A model generated the notes under the pieces. The model was not told the origin of the DNA. It saw nothing but the letters and a program-made list of their open reading frames with translations, and searched no databases. A program made the translations under genes and the position numbers. From the human T2T-CHM13v2.0 reference genome, Homo sapiens: a stretch of DNA of 64,000 nucleotides. Positions 17,187 to 28,976 of the stretch are shown here, one piece after another. The DNA lies in the NCBI RefSeq assembly GCF_009914755.1, contig NC_060933.1. The stretch is one strand, 5' to 3'. The first letter of the stretch is position 1, and each line of letters begins with the position of its first letter.

Positions 17187-19329
17187 CTAACTTCAGCCTG
17201 AAATCATCAACATCCATCACAGTAGCGGAACAACCTAGAAGGAATTGTTTCATTCTGAAAAGACTTTGAGATGATTAAAATATGCAATACAAATGGGTGA
17301 AAAGAAATAGGTGATAAAATCAAGACAAATGGGAAATTAAGTTTGGGAATATTAATTAAAGCTGGGCAAAATTAGTACCCGATAAACTCATAGTACACTG
17401 TTCTGTTCAGCTGTTACAGGGAGCCTGCAAATTGCCTCTAAGCTTGTTAGTGGCCTGAGCAAGGAGGGGGGAAAACAATTGGTTACAAGATTCAGAATGT
17501 CTAAATGACGAAAACAAACTAGTCATTAAGGAGGCCACACAGCTTTTCTTAGTAGTGAGGCTTGAGAGAAGGGTTCTTTCATGGATGTTCTGCATTTCCA
17601 CAATAAATACACAAGCAGGTTTTATAGGGATTTTCTTACAATACCCCTCACTGAAAGTGGACGGCAACATGACTGTCCACATCACTTTTTGTAGAATGAA
17701 GTGTCAGCAAGGGCCATGTAATAGGTACTAAATACTTAAAAGATTTTGATCATTTTAATGGGTCTTATTACTTACACTGAATTGTTCCTCAAACAACATC
17801 TGTCCAGTGTTCCACTCTTAATTTTCATTTTCTTTAAAACTCCTGAGATGAAGATGATTCCCATTTCACTTTAGAATGGATTTAAAAATTGTCTCAATTT
17901 CAATTGCCTTTCTCATTGTTTACCATGCTTTATATTCAAGGTGAGCGAAGCAAAGCACTTGTTACTAGGAGATAACAGCGTTGGGTTTCATTTATAATCG
18001 TTAAGATTTTCAGATAGATGCTGTTTTGGGGGGTGCATCCTTATCTAGGAGAGGTGATCAATGAGCCTTTGCTAGTGCCCAGCAGAGACAAGGTACAGAC
18101 AGAGGAAATTAAAATTCTGGGAAGAGGAAATCATTGTTAGTCCCAATGTTATAGTGTTGTTTTCTTTTCTTTTTTTCTGGCCGGAGGTAAGCCAAAATTT
18201 AATTACACTCCTGATGGTTTGGGCTTGATAAGTGTAATGGATGATAAGTCATAGGTGGCTGAAAATCAATATGTTTTTTCAGCAGATAATAACATGTTTG
18301 CTTTGGAATATTTTATCTAAGTGTGAGATACAACGTGCAAAGGCTTTCATATTCCTTTGAGGTGAGAGCTCTGGAAAATGCAATAGGGCAAAGGCAAACT
18401 CACGTTTAGGGCTTAGATATGCCCTGGTAGACCCTTGTCTTTGAATAATTATTTTAGAAATCTTCATGCACCAAAAGCTTTGCCTCTGGTTACTGGGAAC
18501 AAGGTCTTTATGTGTCTGAAACTACATTAGCTTTCTGCTTATGCTGCTTCTCATGAGTTTTCCAGATTATGTATTGCCAGGCTGTGGCTGTGCTTCCTGC
18601 CGAGAACACCAACTTAAATGAAAGTGTTTTTATTTTGGAGCTGTACCAGATTAGAGGGAAGGTATTCTCAGAAATAGCTGTTGCAGAAGTGAGAAGAGCA
18701 AAGATTTACAAAGAGACAAGTGGTATGAGAACAAGAGCAGTCAATGTGTAGAGCAAGAAGCCATCAGAAGAACTTGGATCTGGTTCCTTCCCTAGCCAGA
18801 TGACTTTGTTCTCTTCTGTTCCATGGATATAGACCTTGTCTTTCACCAGGTGGGAGTAAATTGCCACTTCCCTTTTAAGAAGAGAACCCATGTATACCTT
18901 AGATCCCAATCACTGAGTTTTGCCATCGAAAACTCTGACTTATAATATGATGTTTAGAAAGTAATTGAACTTCTGGGCTTCAGATGCCTCTTGAGTATGA
19001 TCTAGACTAATAATATTGGGTTTTTCTTACCCCAATGGGAGATGCAGAGCTACTCAAAGCATGGAATTCTAAAGCTCAAAAGTCATCTGGCTTAGTCTAG
19101 CCCCAGGTATGTGAGCTCAGGGGTATGAGCTCTCCATCACAATTGGACCTGCGCTAAAAAACAAAAACAAAAAAACCAAAACTCTCCTCTTCTCCCCTAG
19201 GGTAAAGAAACTTCTCTGGTTGATTATTAGACTATCTTATTGGTCTTATGCAAGTATATGCTCTTTGTTATAAGAAATATGGTTACTGGAGCTGGAAGTA
19301 AGATAATATAGATAGTATCCTTTAGTTTG

Positions 19330-19435
19330 ACAAGATGCTTCATTTATTAGCTGTGTGACTTGGTAAATTACCTTGATCATTCTGAATTGTTCATCTGTAA
19401 AATGGAATAATAATCCTACCTCTCTAGATTCATGC
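19330..19435 (+). mobile_element. MIR fragment
   Basis: agctgtgtgacttgg...catctgtaaaatggaataataa core. Confidence 0.75.
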
Positions 19436-19910
19436 AAAAGGAGAGAGTTTTTCAACTCATATGTGCTAATGTTACTTTATATTTGGTTCACATTTATTCT
19501 GGGAACTAACCACTTTTGATCAATGACTCACATTTGCTTTGTGGTGCACCAAGATATCCAGGTGCCTCTGGCTACATCTGGGGCTGTCCAGTTAATTTCT
19601 TCCCACCTAGGATATATATGGTTTGGTTTTGATTCAAATGATGCAGATTATGTTTAAACTCCTTTCTCTGAACGAAGCCCGGGCACACAGGCAGGCAGGC
19701 CCAGAGATACGTACAGATGGGTCCATTTTATCTCATGGGTGGTCAGAGCAGAACAGTCACACGAGGTGTATAGATGAGTGATGTCTCACCTGCTCCCAAC
19801 ACATGGCTGTTCCACAGCAGGTAACCCAAAGCTCAGCTCTGTCTTTGGACATTAACTCAAAGAAAGGTCTCAAATGTGTGTTAAGAATTGAGAATACTAC
19901 CCTCAGGGCA

Positions 19911-20384
19911 TAAGAGGTCATAAACTTTTTCTGTGCCATGGATCTCTTTGGCAGTTTGGTGGAGCCTATGGACTCCTTGAATCCTATAAAATGTCTAGGA
20001 TTACAATTTTTTTAAAGAAGGAATTATATTGAAAATCATTAAAATATTTTAAAAACAAATCTGTGCTATTGTAAGGCATGTATTTTTTATTCATTAACTA
20101 AATACTAAGCCAAACAGCAAATAGAATAACTAATTTAAAAGCTGTGGTGTGCATAATAGTTATTTTAACATATCTACAAAAAGCATAATATAATATGAAA
20201 GTGTCTGTGGTTTCCGTTGGTGACAAGGTCACAGGTACTGCTAATCCTCCTGAGGTTTGTTATCTACAATTGCAACTGAGAGAAATGCTAAAATTCCATT
20301 CGAGATTAATGAAAGTAAATATATAATTTTTTACTATCCAAGTTCATAGATTCCCCTGGATTCCATCCCAGGTAAAGATCCCAG
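19911..20384 (+). mobile_element. Charlie4a-like hAT fossil
   Basis: tgtgccatggatctctttggcagtttggtggagcctatggac...ggtgacaaggtcacaggtactgctaat...ccaagttcata match the recalled consensus. Both termini are degenerate. Confidence 0.8.
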
Positions 20385-20829
20385 AGTTAGACAATAAGGA
20401 AAACAGAAGAAAAAGTAAGTATAAGGAAAATGGAAAGTCTTATTTTTCAATGTAAAGTTATCTGACAGTTAATTATATTTCAAACAAATAACATTAAATG
20501 TGTTCCAGTTTAGTGATTAGCACAGCTTTTTACATAGTTTTCTCTCAATAAATATCTTTTGAAGAAATTAACAAAAACATTGTTTTGCATTGTAATTCTC
20601 CATCTACTTGTCTTTTTCTTCCACTGGTCTATGAGCTCATTGAGGACACATTAACTGCCCACACATCATTTGTACAGCTTTTTAACATCCTGTTAGATAG
20701 GAAAGAGAGAGCTCTCATGAATTTCTGGTAGAATTCTGTTCAATAGCTGTAATTGGTTATTTATTATAAGTCAGAGATATAATGTCATTTAATACTCACA
20801 ATAAGCTTAGAGGTATACATTATTCCAAC

Positions 20830-21125
20830 TCAACGATGCAATTCAAATGTTGTTGAGGGTTTATGTGTGGTAAGCCAGGGCAGGCATTGCACTAAGCACA
20901 ATGTCACAGTGGGGTTGTAGAGATGAAAAGGATTCCTGCCTGCAGATAACATACAATCCAGTAGGGTGGAAAGACATGGATATGCCTAATTATGAGACAA
21001 GGTAAACAAGGGCAGGCTGGGGGATCAGCATGACAAAAGACACTAGGGCAGGATGGAGTTTTCATTTTTACAATGGGTTTTTCAGAGAAAGCTGAATGGA
21101 TAGGCTGAAATTTGAACTGCAGAGC
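20830..21125 (-). mobile_element. L2 3' fragment
   Basis: aggcattgcactaagc...cctgcc...tacaatccagtaggg pattern. Confidence 0.55.
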
Positions 21126-21899
21126 GAAGTATTTTAGACTTATTATATGGGTAGTTCAAAAATATCACTGTTTCCTTCAAACCACATACCAATTGTATAT
21201 CTCATTCCAAATCACTGTACACTAGATGATAATGATTTTGTAGGAGCCTCTGAGAAGACCATTATGAATTTTGATGTTTTCAGATTAAGTTTAATCAGCA
21301 CCCCTCTCCCCATCCCTAATGTAAGTGTTGCTCAAGGCATTCAGGTGACTGGGTTTCTCACAAGAACAGAAGCATTTAAATGCCTTCTGTTACCAACCCA
21401 ATAATGCTAACCTGAAGCCCTGCTTTGCTGTTGGATTCAGTGGTTAAGCATCATAGTAGTGGTTCCTGGTAATTTTTCCAAATCAAAAGTTTAAGAGAAT
21501 TAATAACATGTAGTAATTTGATCCAACTTTATTCTCTTGGACCAGTCAAGACCAATTAAGGAGCCACCATCCATGCCATGCCTCTGTTTATCCTAATGAG
21601 AAGTGCGTGGATTGATAATGAAGGCTGGCAGCTTAATGTAGCTCAAAACATAATTTGTAAACTCTAATGACCAGAATGTTAGCCATAAGAATGGTATAAA
21701 TGGAACTGCTTCTCAGAATATATTCTGTTTTGGTGTTTCTGGATCACTTTGCTTCATTCACTCAAGGAAAAATATTGCCTTGTACATAATGCACTAGGTA
21801 ATCATACAGTTGCATCTTCTACTGAAAATGTTTCTCTCAGAATCATCTGTTTATGTACATATTTGGGTTTTGCATATGTAAAGTCATGGGATATTTGAG

Positions 21900-22045
21900 T
21901 AGAAAGGGCTTACAGGCTCTCTCATCAAATTGTCTTATTTTACAGTTAAGATTCTGAGGCCCAGAGAGAAAGGACTTAACCAAGGCCATTTGACGACTTA
22001 CTACTAGACCTGGGATGGGACTCAGGTCCACACATTTGTTCCACA
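21900..22045 (-). mobile_element. MIR fragment
   Basis: attttacagttaagattctgaggcccagagag...ccaaggcca. Confidence 0.7.
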
Positions 22046-22245
22046 CTGAGTAGTTTTTAGGGCACTTGACCTTTTATTTTTTTGGAGTACCTTATGTTGC
22101 ACAATAACATTTTTCTCTGTCAGGTTTCCAGAATCTTCTGGCCTAGTGCCATTTTGTATTTTGCACCAAGTGGAGAGATAACGTCGTTGGCGAAGCATCC
22201 TTTCCTCTCCTTTGACTTCTTGCCTTTATTTCTGAATATCCTTCT

Positions 22246-23068
22246 TGCAGTGGGTTGAATAGTGGCCCTCCAAAAAACATACTTATGTCCTAATCCCTGA
22301 AACCTGTGAACATGACATTATTTGGAAAAAGAGTCTTCGCAGAGGTAATTATTGTAATCCCCAATGTTGGAGGTAGGACCTGGTAGGAGGTGATTGGACC
22401 ACGAGGGTGGATTTCTCATGAATAGTTTAGCACCATGTCCTTGGTGCTGTTCTTATGTTAGTGAGTGAGTTCTTTCGAGATCTGGTTGTTTAAAAGTGTG
22501 GCACCTCCCCTCCCCGCTTGCTCCTGCTTTCACCATGTGAAGTGCCTGCTCTTTCTTTGCCTTCCACCATGATTGTAAGTTTCCTGAGGCCTCCCCAGAA
22601 GCCGAGCAGATGCCACTATGCTTTCTGTACAGCCTGCAGAATGGTGAGCCAATTAAACCTCTTTTCTTTATAAATTACCCAATTTCAGGTATTTCTGTAT
22701 AACATAGCAAGAATGGATTAATACAGATCTTGAGATGAGATCATTCTTGATTTAATCCAATGTCAGATATCCTTATAAGAGAAGTGCAGAGGGAGATTTG
22801 AGACACATGAGAGAAGGTCATGTGGAAATGGAGGCAGAGATTGGAGTTCTCCTGCTACAAGCCAAGGGACAGAAAGGATTGCTAACCTCCACCAGAAGCA
22901 GGGAGAGAAGGCAGGAATAGATTCTTCCTCATAACCTCCAAAAGGACCAAACCTGCTGACACCCAGATTTCAGACTTCGGCTTTCAGCACTGTAGAGAAT
23001 ACATCTTTGCTGTTTTAAGTCATCCAGTGTGTGGTGATTAGTTACAGCAGCCCTAGGAATCAAATATG
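22246..23068 (+). mobile_element. MLT1C-like solo LTR, interrupted by MSTA
   Basis: Start tgcagtgggttgaatagtggccc. Resumes at gatcttgagatgagatc (22726). Near-TSD cttct/cttca. Confidence 0.85.
22351..22725 (+). mobile_element. MSTA solo LTR lacking its first ~45 bp
   Basis: ttgtaatccccaatgttggagg...ttataaattaccc...taataca. Confidence 0.88.
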
Positions 23069-23169
23069 CTTCATAAGCCATTTTCCTTGGGCCACACTGA
23101 GGACTGGGCACTGTAGAGGCCACGTGTGTGAGCATTGAGGGGAGCTGACTCATGTTCGTGTTCTTGCTC

Positions 23170-23472
23170 CCACAATGACTAGAGCTATGATGCTGGTAGG
23201 TTAGATTACTGCTCTGTGACTCAGGTTTTTCAACTATAAAATGGGGATCATTATTGGTTATGATAATGTGCATTAATTATACATGATAATGTATAATATA
23301 CATTATATAGTGTATATTGGTTATATTATAACTGATAATGATCCCCATTTTACAGTTGAAAAAAATGAGATAATGAGATAATGTATATCTCATAATAAGA
23401 CAGTGTATATTAATGCTTAGCATGGGTCCTGGAACACACCAAATGTTTAACAATGTGAGCTGATATTATTAT
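23170..23472 (+). mobile_element. MIR with internal inverted duplication
   Basis: MIR core (ctataaaatgggga) and MIR 3' end (atgcttagca...cctggaacac) flank an inverted copy of the core. Confidence 0.7.
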
Positions 23473-23713
23473 AATGTCGCCAGCCTCTTTTGCTTGCTTC
23501 TTTGCTTGTAGAAAGGGGATTCATAAGCATTTCCTAGCCTGATGAATGGCATATGTGCTGTTGCTTGTGGTGTGGCAAACTCTGTGTAGGAAGGTAGTCC
23601 TTTCTGATACATGGGCTCTGCCCTCCTTTCTATCAGTGGGTTCTCATGGCCCCAACACACCCTTGGCCCTGATGAACCCTCCTTGAGAAACTCTCTTCCT
23701 GCAGCATCTAGGG

Positions 23714-23810
23714 CAGTGGTGCTCATCTCTGGCTATGCGTTGGAACCACCTGTGGAGTTTCTAATGCGCTAATGCCCGGGCCCCACTCTAGACCCCTCTG
23801 AATCAGAGTG
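23714..23810. mobile_element. MER5-family hAT fragment
   Basis: cagtggtgctca...ttggaaccacctgtggagttt...atgcccgggcccca...tgaatcaga. Confidence 0.6.
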
Positions 23811-24177
23811 TTTTCAATAGAACAGGCTCAGTGACCACAGGGAGAAGGGCTCAGCTATGGTTCAGGTAACACACCTCATTGGAGTTTCTAATCTGAGAAA
23901 CTGCAGGGGGCAGGCAAGGAAATAGGAGCTGTCACCTAGAGCAGAATTTTTCTATCCAAGGTGAATTACCAACTTCAAGAAAATTTCTAATCCATCACAG
24001 CCAATATGTTAGTAAAATACAATAAAAAGTTGACTACACAAATTCTACCAAGTACCCGACAAGTACTCCTCATAAATGAATTACTTAAAAAACAAAATTT
24101 AAAACACACACAAAATAAAACCTCTTTTTGATTATTACATTAAACAGATATAAATCATTTTGTCAAATTGCTGAAAA

Positions 24178-24764
24178 GAGGTTAAACATATACTTACTAT
24201 ATGAACTAGCAATTCCATTCTAGGTATTTACCTAAGAGAAGTGAAAACATATAAGCATACAAAGAGTTGCACATGAATGTCCATGGCAGCTTCATTCTTA
24301 AGAATCCTAAACTGGAAATGATCGAAATGTCCATCAGCAGGTGAGTAGATAAGAAAACTGTGGCACATCCGTACAATAAAATGTTACTGAACCATAAAAA
24401 TAAATAAATTACTGATACACACAAAACATGAATGAATCTTAAAGGATTATACTAAGTAGAGAAACCAGATCTCAAAGATTACAGTCTATATGATCCATTT
24501 ATGTGCAATTCTAGAAGATACAAAATTATAGTGATAAAAAGCAGATTAGTGATTACCTGAGTCTAAGGGGTGGTCATAGGAATGGAGTGCAAAGGGACAG
24601 AAGGGAGTATTTTGTGGTGATAGAAATGTTCTGTATCTTGACCATAGTGGAAATCCCATGACTGTGTATGTTTATACACATACCGTGTATGTCATTGAAC
24701 TGGACACTTAAAATATATGAATTTCATTTTATGCAAATTATACCTTGAAAAAGCCGATTTTTTA
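24178..24764 (+). mobile_element. Ancient L1M (MB/MC/ME-type) 3' end
   Basis: gcaattccattctaggtatttacc...aatgttctgtatcttga...caaattatacct, with degenerate TSD ttgctg(t)aaaa. Confidence 0.8.
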
Positions 24765-24791
24765 CTTGCTGTAAAACTTTCTAAATATACA

Positions 24792-26040
24792 CAGTTATAT
24801 GTCAGAGATATTGTGAGTTCAGTTCCAGACCACCACGATAAAGTGACTATTGCAATAAAGCAAGTCACACAAGTTTTTTTTGGTTTCCCAGTGCATGTAA
24901 AATTTATGTTTACACTATACTATACTAAAGTAGTTATAGTATACTATACTGTAACTACACTATACTCTAAAGACTATAGTCTTTTAAGTGTGCAATAGAA
25001 TTCTGTCATATATATATTTACACACATATATATACCTTAATTTAAAAAATACTTTATTGCTAAAAAATGTGGACAATTACTTGAACCCTCAGTGAATTAT
25101 ATTTTTTTTTTGGTGGTAGGGTCTTGCCTTGATGCTGATGGCTACTGACTGATCAGGATGGTGGTTGCCAAAGGTTGGGGTGGCTGTAGCAATTTCTTAA
25201 AATAAGACAACAATGATGTTTGCTGCATTGATGGACTTTTCCTTTCATGAAAGATTTCTCTGTAGCATGCAATGCTGTTCGATAGTATTTTACACATAGT
25301 AATTTTTTTTTCAAAATTGGTGTCCATCTTCTCAAACCCTGCCTTGTAAACTAAGTTTATGTAATATTCTAAATCCTTTCTGTGATTTCAACAATGCTCA
25401 CAGCATCTTCACCAGGAGTAGATTCCAAGGAACCATTTTCTTTGCTTATTTGTAAGAAGCAACTCTCTGTCCATTCAAGTTTGATAATGAGATTGCAGCA
25501 ATTTAGTTACATCTTCAGACTTCACTTCTAATTTGAGTTCTCTTGCTATTTCAACCACATCTGCAGTTACTTCCTCCACTAAAGTCTTGAACTTCTCAAA
25601 GTCATTTACGAGGGTTGGAATCAACCTCTTCCAAACTCCCATTAACGTTGATATCATGAATGTTCTTAATGGCATCTAGAATGGGTAATCCTTTCCAGAA
25701 GGTTTTCAATTTACTTTGACCAGATTAATCAAAGGAATCATTATCTGTGACAGTTATAGCCTTATAAAACGTATTTCTTAAACAATAAGACTTGAAAGTT
25801 GAAATTACTCCTTGATCCATGGGCTGCAGAATGCACATTGTGTTAGCAGGCATGAAAACAACATCAATCTCCTTGTACATCTCCATCAAAGTCTTGGGTG
25901 ACCAGGTGCATTGTCAAGGAACAGTAATATTTTGACAGGTGTCTTCATTCTGAGCAGTAGATCTTAAAAATGGGCTTAAAATATTCAGTAAACCATGCTG
26001 TAAACAGCAGATGTGCTGCCATCCAGGCTTTGTTGTTCCA

Positions 26041-26071
<31 letters not shown>

Positions 26072-27721
26072 TACTTTTATTTTTTAGAGCATTAACCTTT
26101 GCAATTTATTTTTTTTATTATACTTTAAGTTTTAGGGTACATGTACACAACATGCAGGTTTGTTACATATGTATACATGTGCCATGTTGGTGTGCTGCAC
26201 CCACTAACTCCTCATTTAACATTAGGTATATCTCCTAGTGCTATCCCTCCCCCCTCCCTCCACCCCACAACAGGCCCCGGTGTGTGATGTTCCCCTTCCT
26301 GTGTCCATGTGTTCTCATTGTTCAATTCCCACCTATGAGTGAGAATATGCAGTGTTTGGTTTTTTGTCCTTGTGATAGTTTGCTGAGAATGATAGTTTCC
26401 AGCTTCATCCATGTCCCTACAAAGGACATGAACTCATCATTTTTTATGGCTGCATAGTATTCCATGGTGTATATGTGCCACATTTTCTTAATCCAGTATA
26501 TCATTGTTGGTCATTTAGGCTGGTTCCAAGTCTTTGCTATTGTGAATAGTGCCGATAGAACACAGGCAGAGTAGATTCGCATAATTCTTAAGAGCTCTAG
26601 GATTTGGGGGATAGTCAATGAGCATTAGCCTCAATTTAAAGTCACCAGCTATATTAGCCCCCAAAAAGAGAGTCAGCCTGTCCTTTGAAATGTTGAAGTC
26701 ATGCATTGACTTCTCCTCTCTAGCTGTGAAAGTGCTAGATAACCTCTTCTTCTAATAGAAGGCTGTTTTGTCCTTATAGTGAAAATCTGTTGTTTAGTGA
26801 AGCCACCTTCATTCCTTATCTTAGTTAGATCTTCTGGATTATTTGCTGAAGCTTCTACAAGAGCACTTGCTACTTTGTCTTGCACTTTTATGTTATGCAG
26901 AGAGCTTCTTTCCTCAAACCTCATGAACGAACCTCTGCTGGCTTCCAACCTTTTTCCTGCAGCTTCCTCACCTTTCTCGGCCTTCATAGAATTGAAGACA
27001 GTTAGAGCCTTGATCTGGATTAGGCTTTGGCTAAAGGGAATGTTGTGGCTGGTTTGACCACTAAATCTTTCTTGATATCAGCAATAAGACTGCTTCACTT
27101 TCTTATTCATGCATTCACTGGAGTAGCACTTTTAATTTCCTTCAAGAGCGTTTCCTTTGCATTCACAACTTGGCTAACTGTTTGGCACAAGAGGCCTAGT
27201 TTTCAGCCTGTCTTGGCTTTCAACATGCCTTTCTCACTAAGCTTAGTTATTTCTAGCTTTTGATTCAAAATGAGGGATGTTGTGACTCTTCCTTTCACTT
27301 GAACACCTAGAGACCATTGTAGGGTTATTAGTTGGCCTGTTTTCAAAACTGCTGTGTCTCAGGAAATAGAGAGGCTTAAGGAGAGGGAGAGAGACAAAGG
27401 AATGGTTGATCAGTGGAGCAATCAGACAACACACAGCATTCATTAAGTTCACCATCTTACATGTGAGTGGTTTGTAGCACCCCGAAACAATTACGATGGT
27501 AACATCAAAGATCACGGATCACAGATCACCATAACAGATATGATAATGATGAAAAAGTTGAAATATTGCAAGAATGACCAAAATGCGACATAGAGACACG
27601 AAGTGTGCACAAGCTCTTGGAAGAATGGTGCTGATAGATTTATTCATCACAGGGTTGCTGCAAACTTTCAATTTGTAAAAAATGTAATATTTGGGAAGCA
27701 CAATACAATAAGGTATGCCTG
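24792..27721 (-). mobile_element. Tigger1 DNA transposon, essentially full length, interrupted by L1
   Basis: TIRs aggtatgcctg (27711-27721) and cagttatatgtcagag (24792). Pogo-like transposase remnants: [46 protein letters not shown]. Confidence 0.93.
26041..26554 (-). mobile_element. L1PA4-like 3' fragment with a double A-tail, inserted in Tigger1
   Basis: 3'UTR aatgttaaatga...cctaaaacttaaagtataata on the minus strand and ORF2 C-terminus (...FSLIGGN). No TSD. Confidence 0.92.
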
Positions 27722-28598
27722 TGTTCTTGATTTCTGTATGTATCTTGTTGCAAATGAACAATAAATCATTTGTAAACCCATACTGGTCTGTGAACCAAAC
27801 TTTGAGAAGCATTGAACTAGATGATGGAGCGCCCATAGGGTGGCATTCAGAGCCTTGCTCTATCTTGAGTGTCTTAGGAGGTTATTGTCAAGGACTTTAG
27901 TGCAAGGGCCAGCACTGCAGCCTGATCCCTCAGAATAGCCCTGCAAAGGGTTTGAAATTGCTGCTCAGGCCCATATTTGGAAACACCAGGTTGGATGTCT
28001 GCTTGGCTGCAAATACAATCCAAGAACAGACATTTAAGCCCCACTTGAGTTACGATGAGGCCATCAGACCTCCAGTTTTAAGAAGATATTTAATTTTGAC
28101 CTCCCTGAAAAGGGGCAGAGAGATTAAGCTTGCAGTATGAGTAGGGATATACTTTATGGAAAGTAGATGCTAACAAATAATTATAGGTTGAATGAAAGGC
28201 AAATAAATGCTTGCTTCTAAAAAGTACATAATGGTCCAATTCATCAGCCTGCCAAGAAATTAGGCCCTGTAGAGAAGATAATAGAAGGTTGAAACTCTCA
28301 AAGGAGAGGCAAATTCCGTTGTAATCTTTTTGATGCCAAATGTATTTTTCTGCAATAATCGATTATGTGAGTTTGAGACTCCAGTTGTTATCGTCATCTG
28401 GGAAAGATCCTGCAGTTCTTCCATACTTCGCCACCATCAGTCAGTAGGAGGATTACTGTTTTTTCTTCAGGGTGGAGGTAGGCTCTGAAGGATCACATTC
28501 CCATAAGAGGGCTAGTGGTAATAAGAAGAACTAAGCGAGTTCAGTGGTTGACTCTGGGTCTTTTAATAACTTCTGATCTTCAATTTTTTCATCTGTAA

Positions 28599-28976
<378 letters not shown>

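Larger units (their letters stand above)
23942..27813 (+). mobile_element. Charlie7/7a-like hAT fossil in three pieces (23942-24177, 24765-24791, 27722-27813)
   Basis: The pieces join into the recalled consensus: gtaaaatacaataaaaa...tgtcaaattgct | aaaactttctaaa | tttctgtatgtatctt...actttgagaagcattg. Confidence 0.7.

Noticed and set aside
25142-27263. Domesticated Tigger transposase (TIGD-like gene)
   Set aside because: The reading frame is fragmented and interrupted by an L1 insertion.
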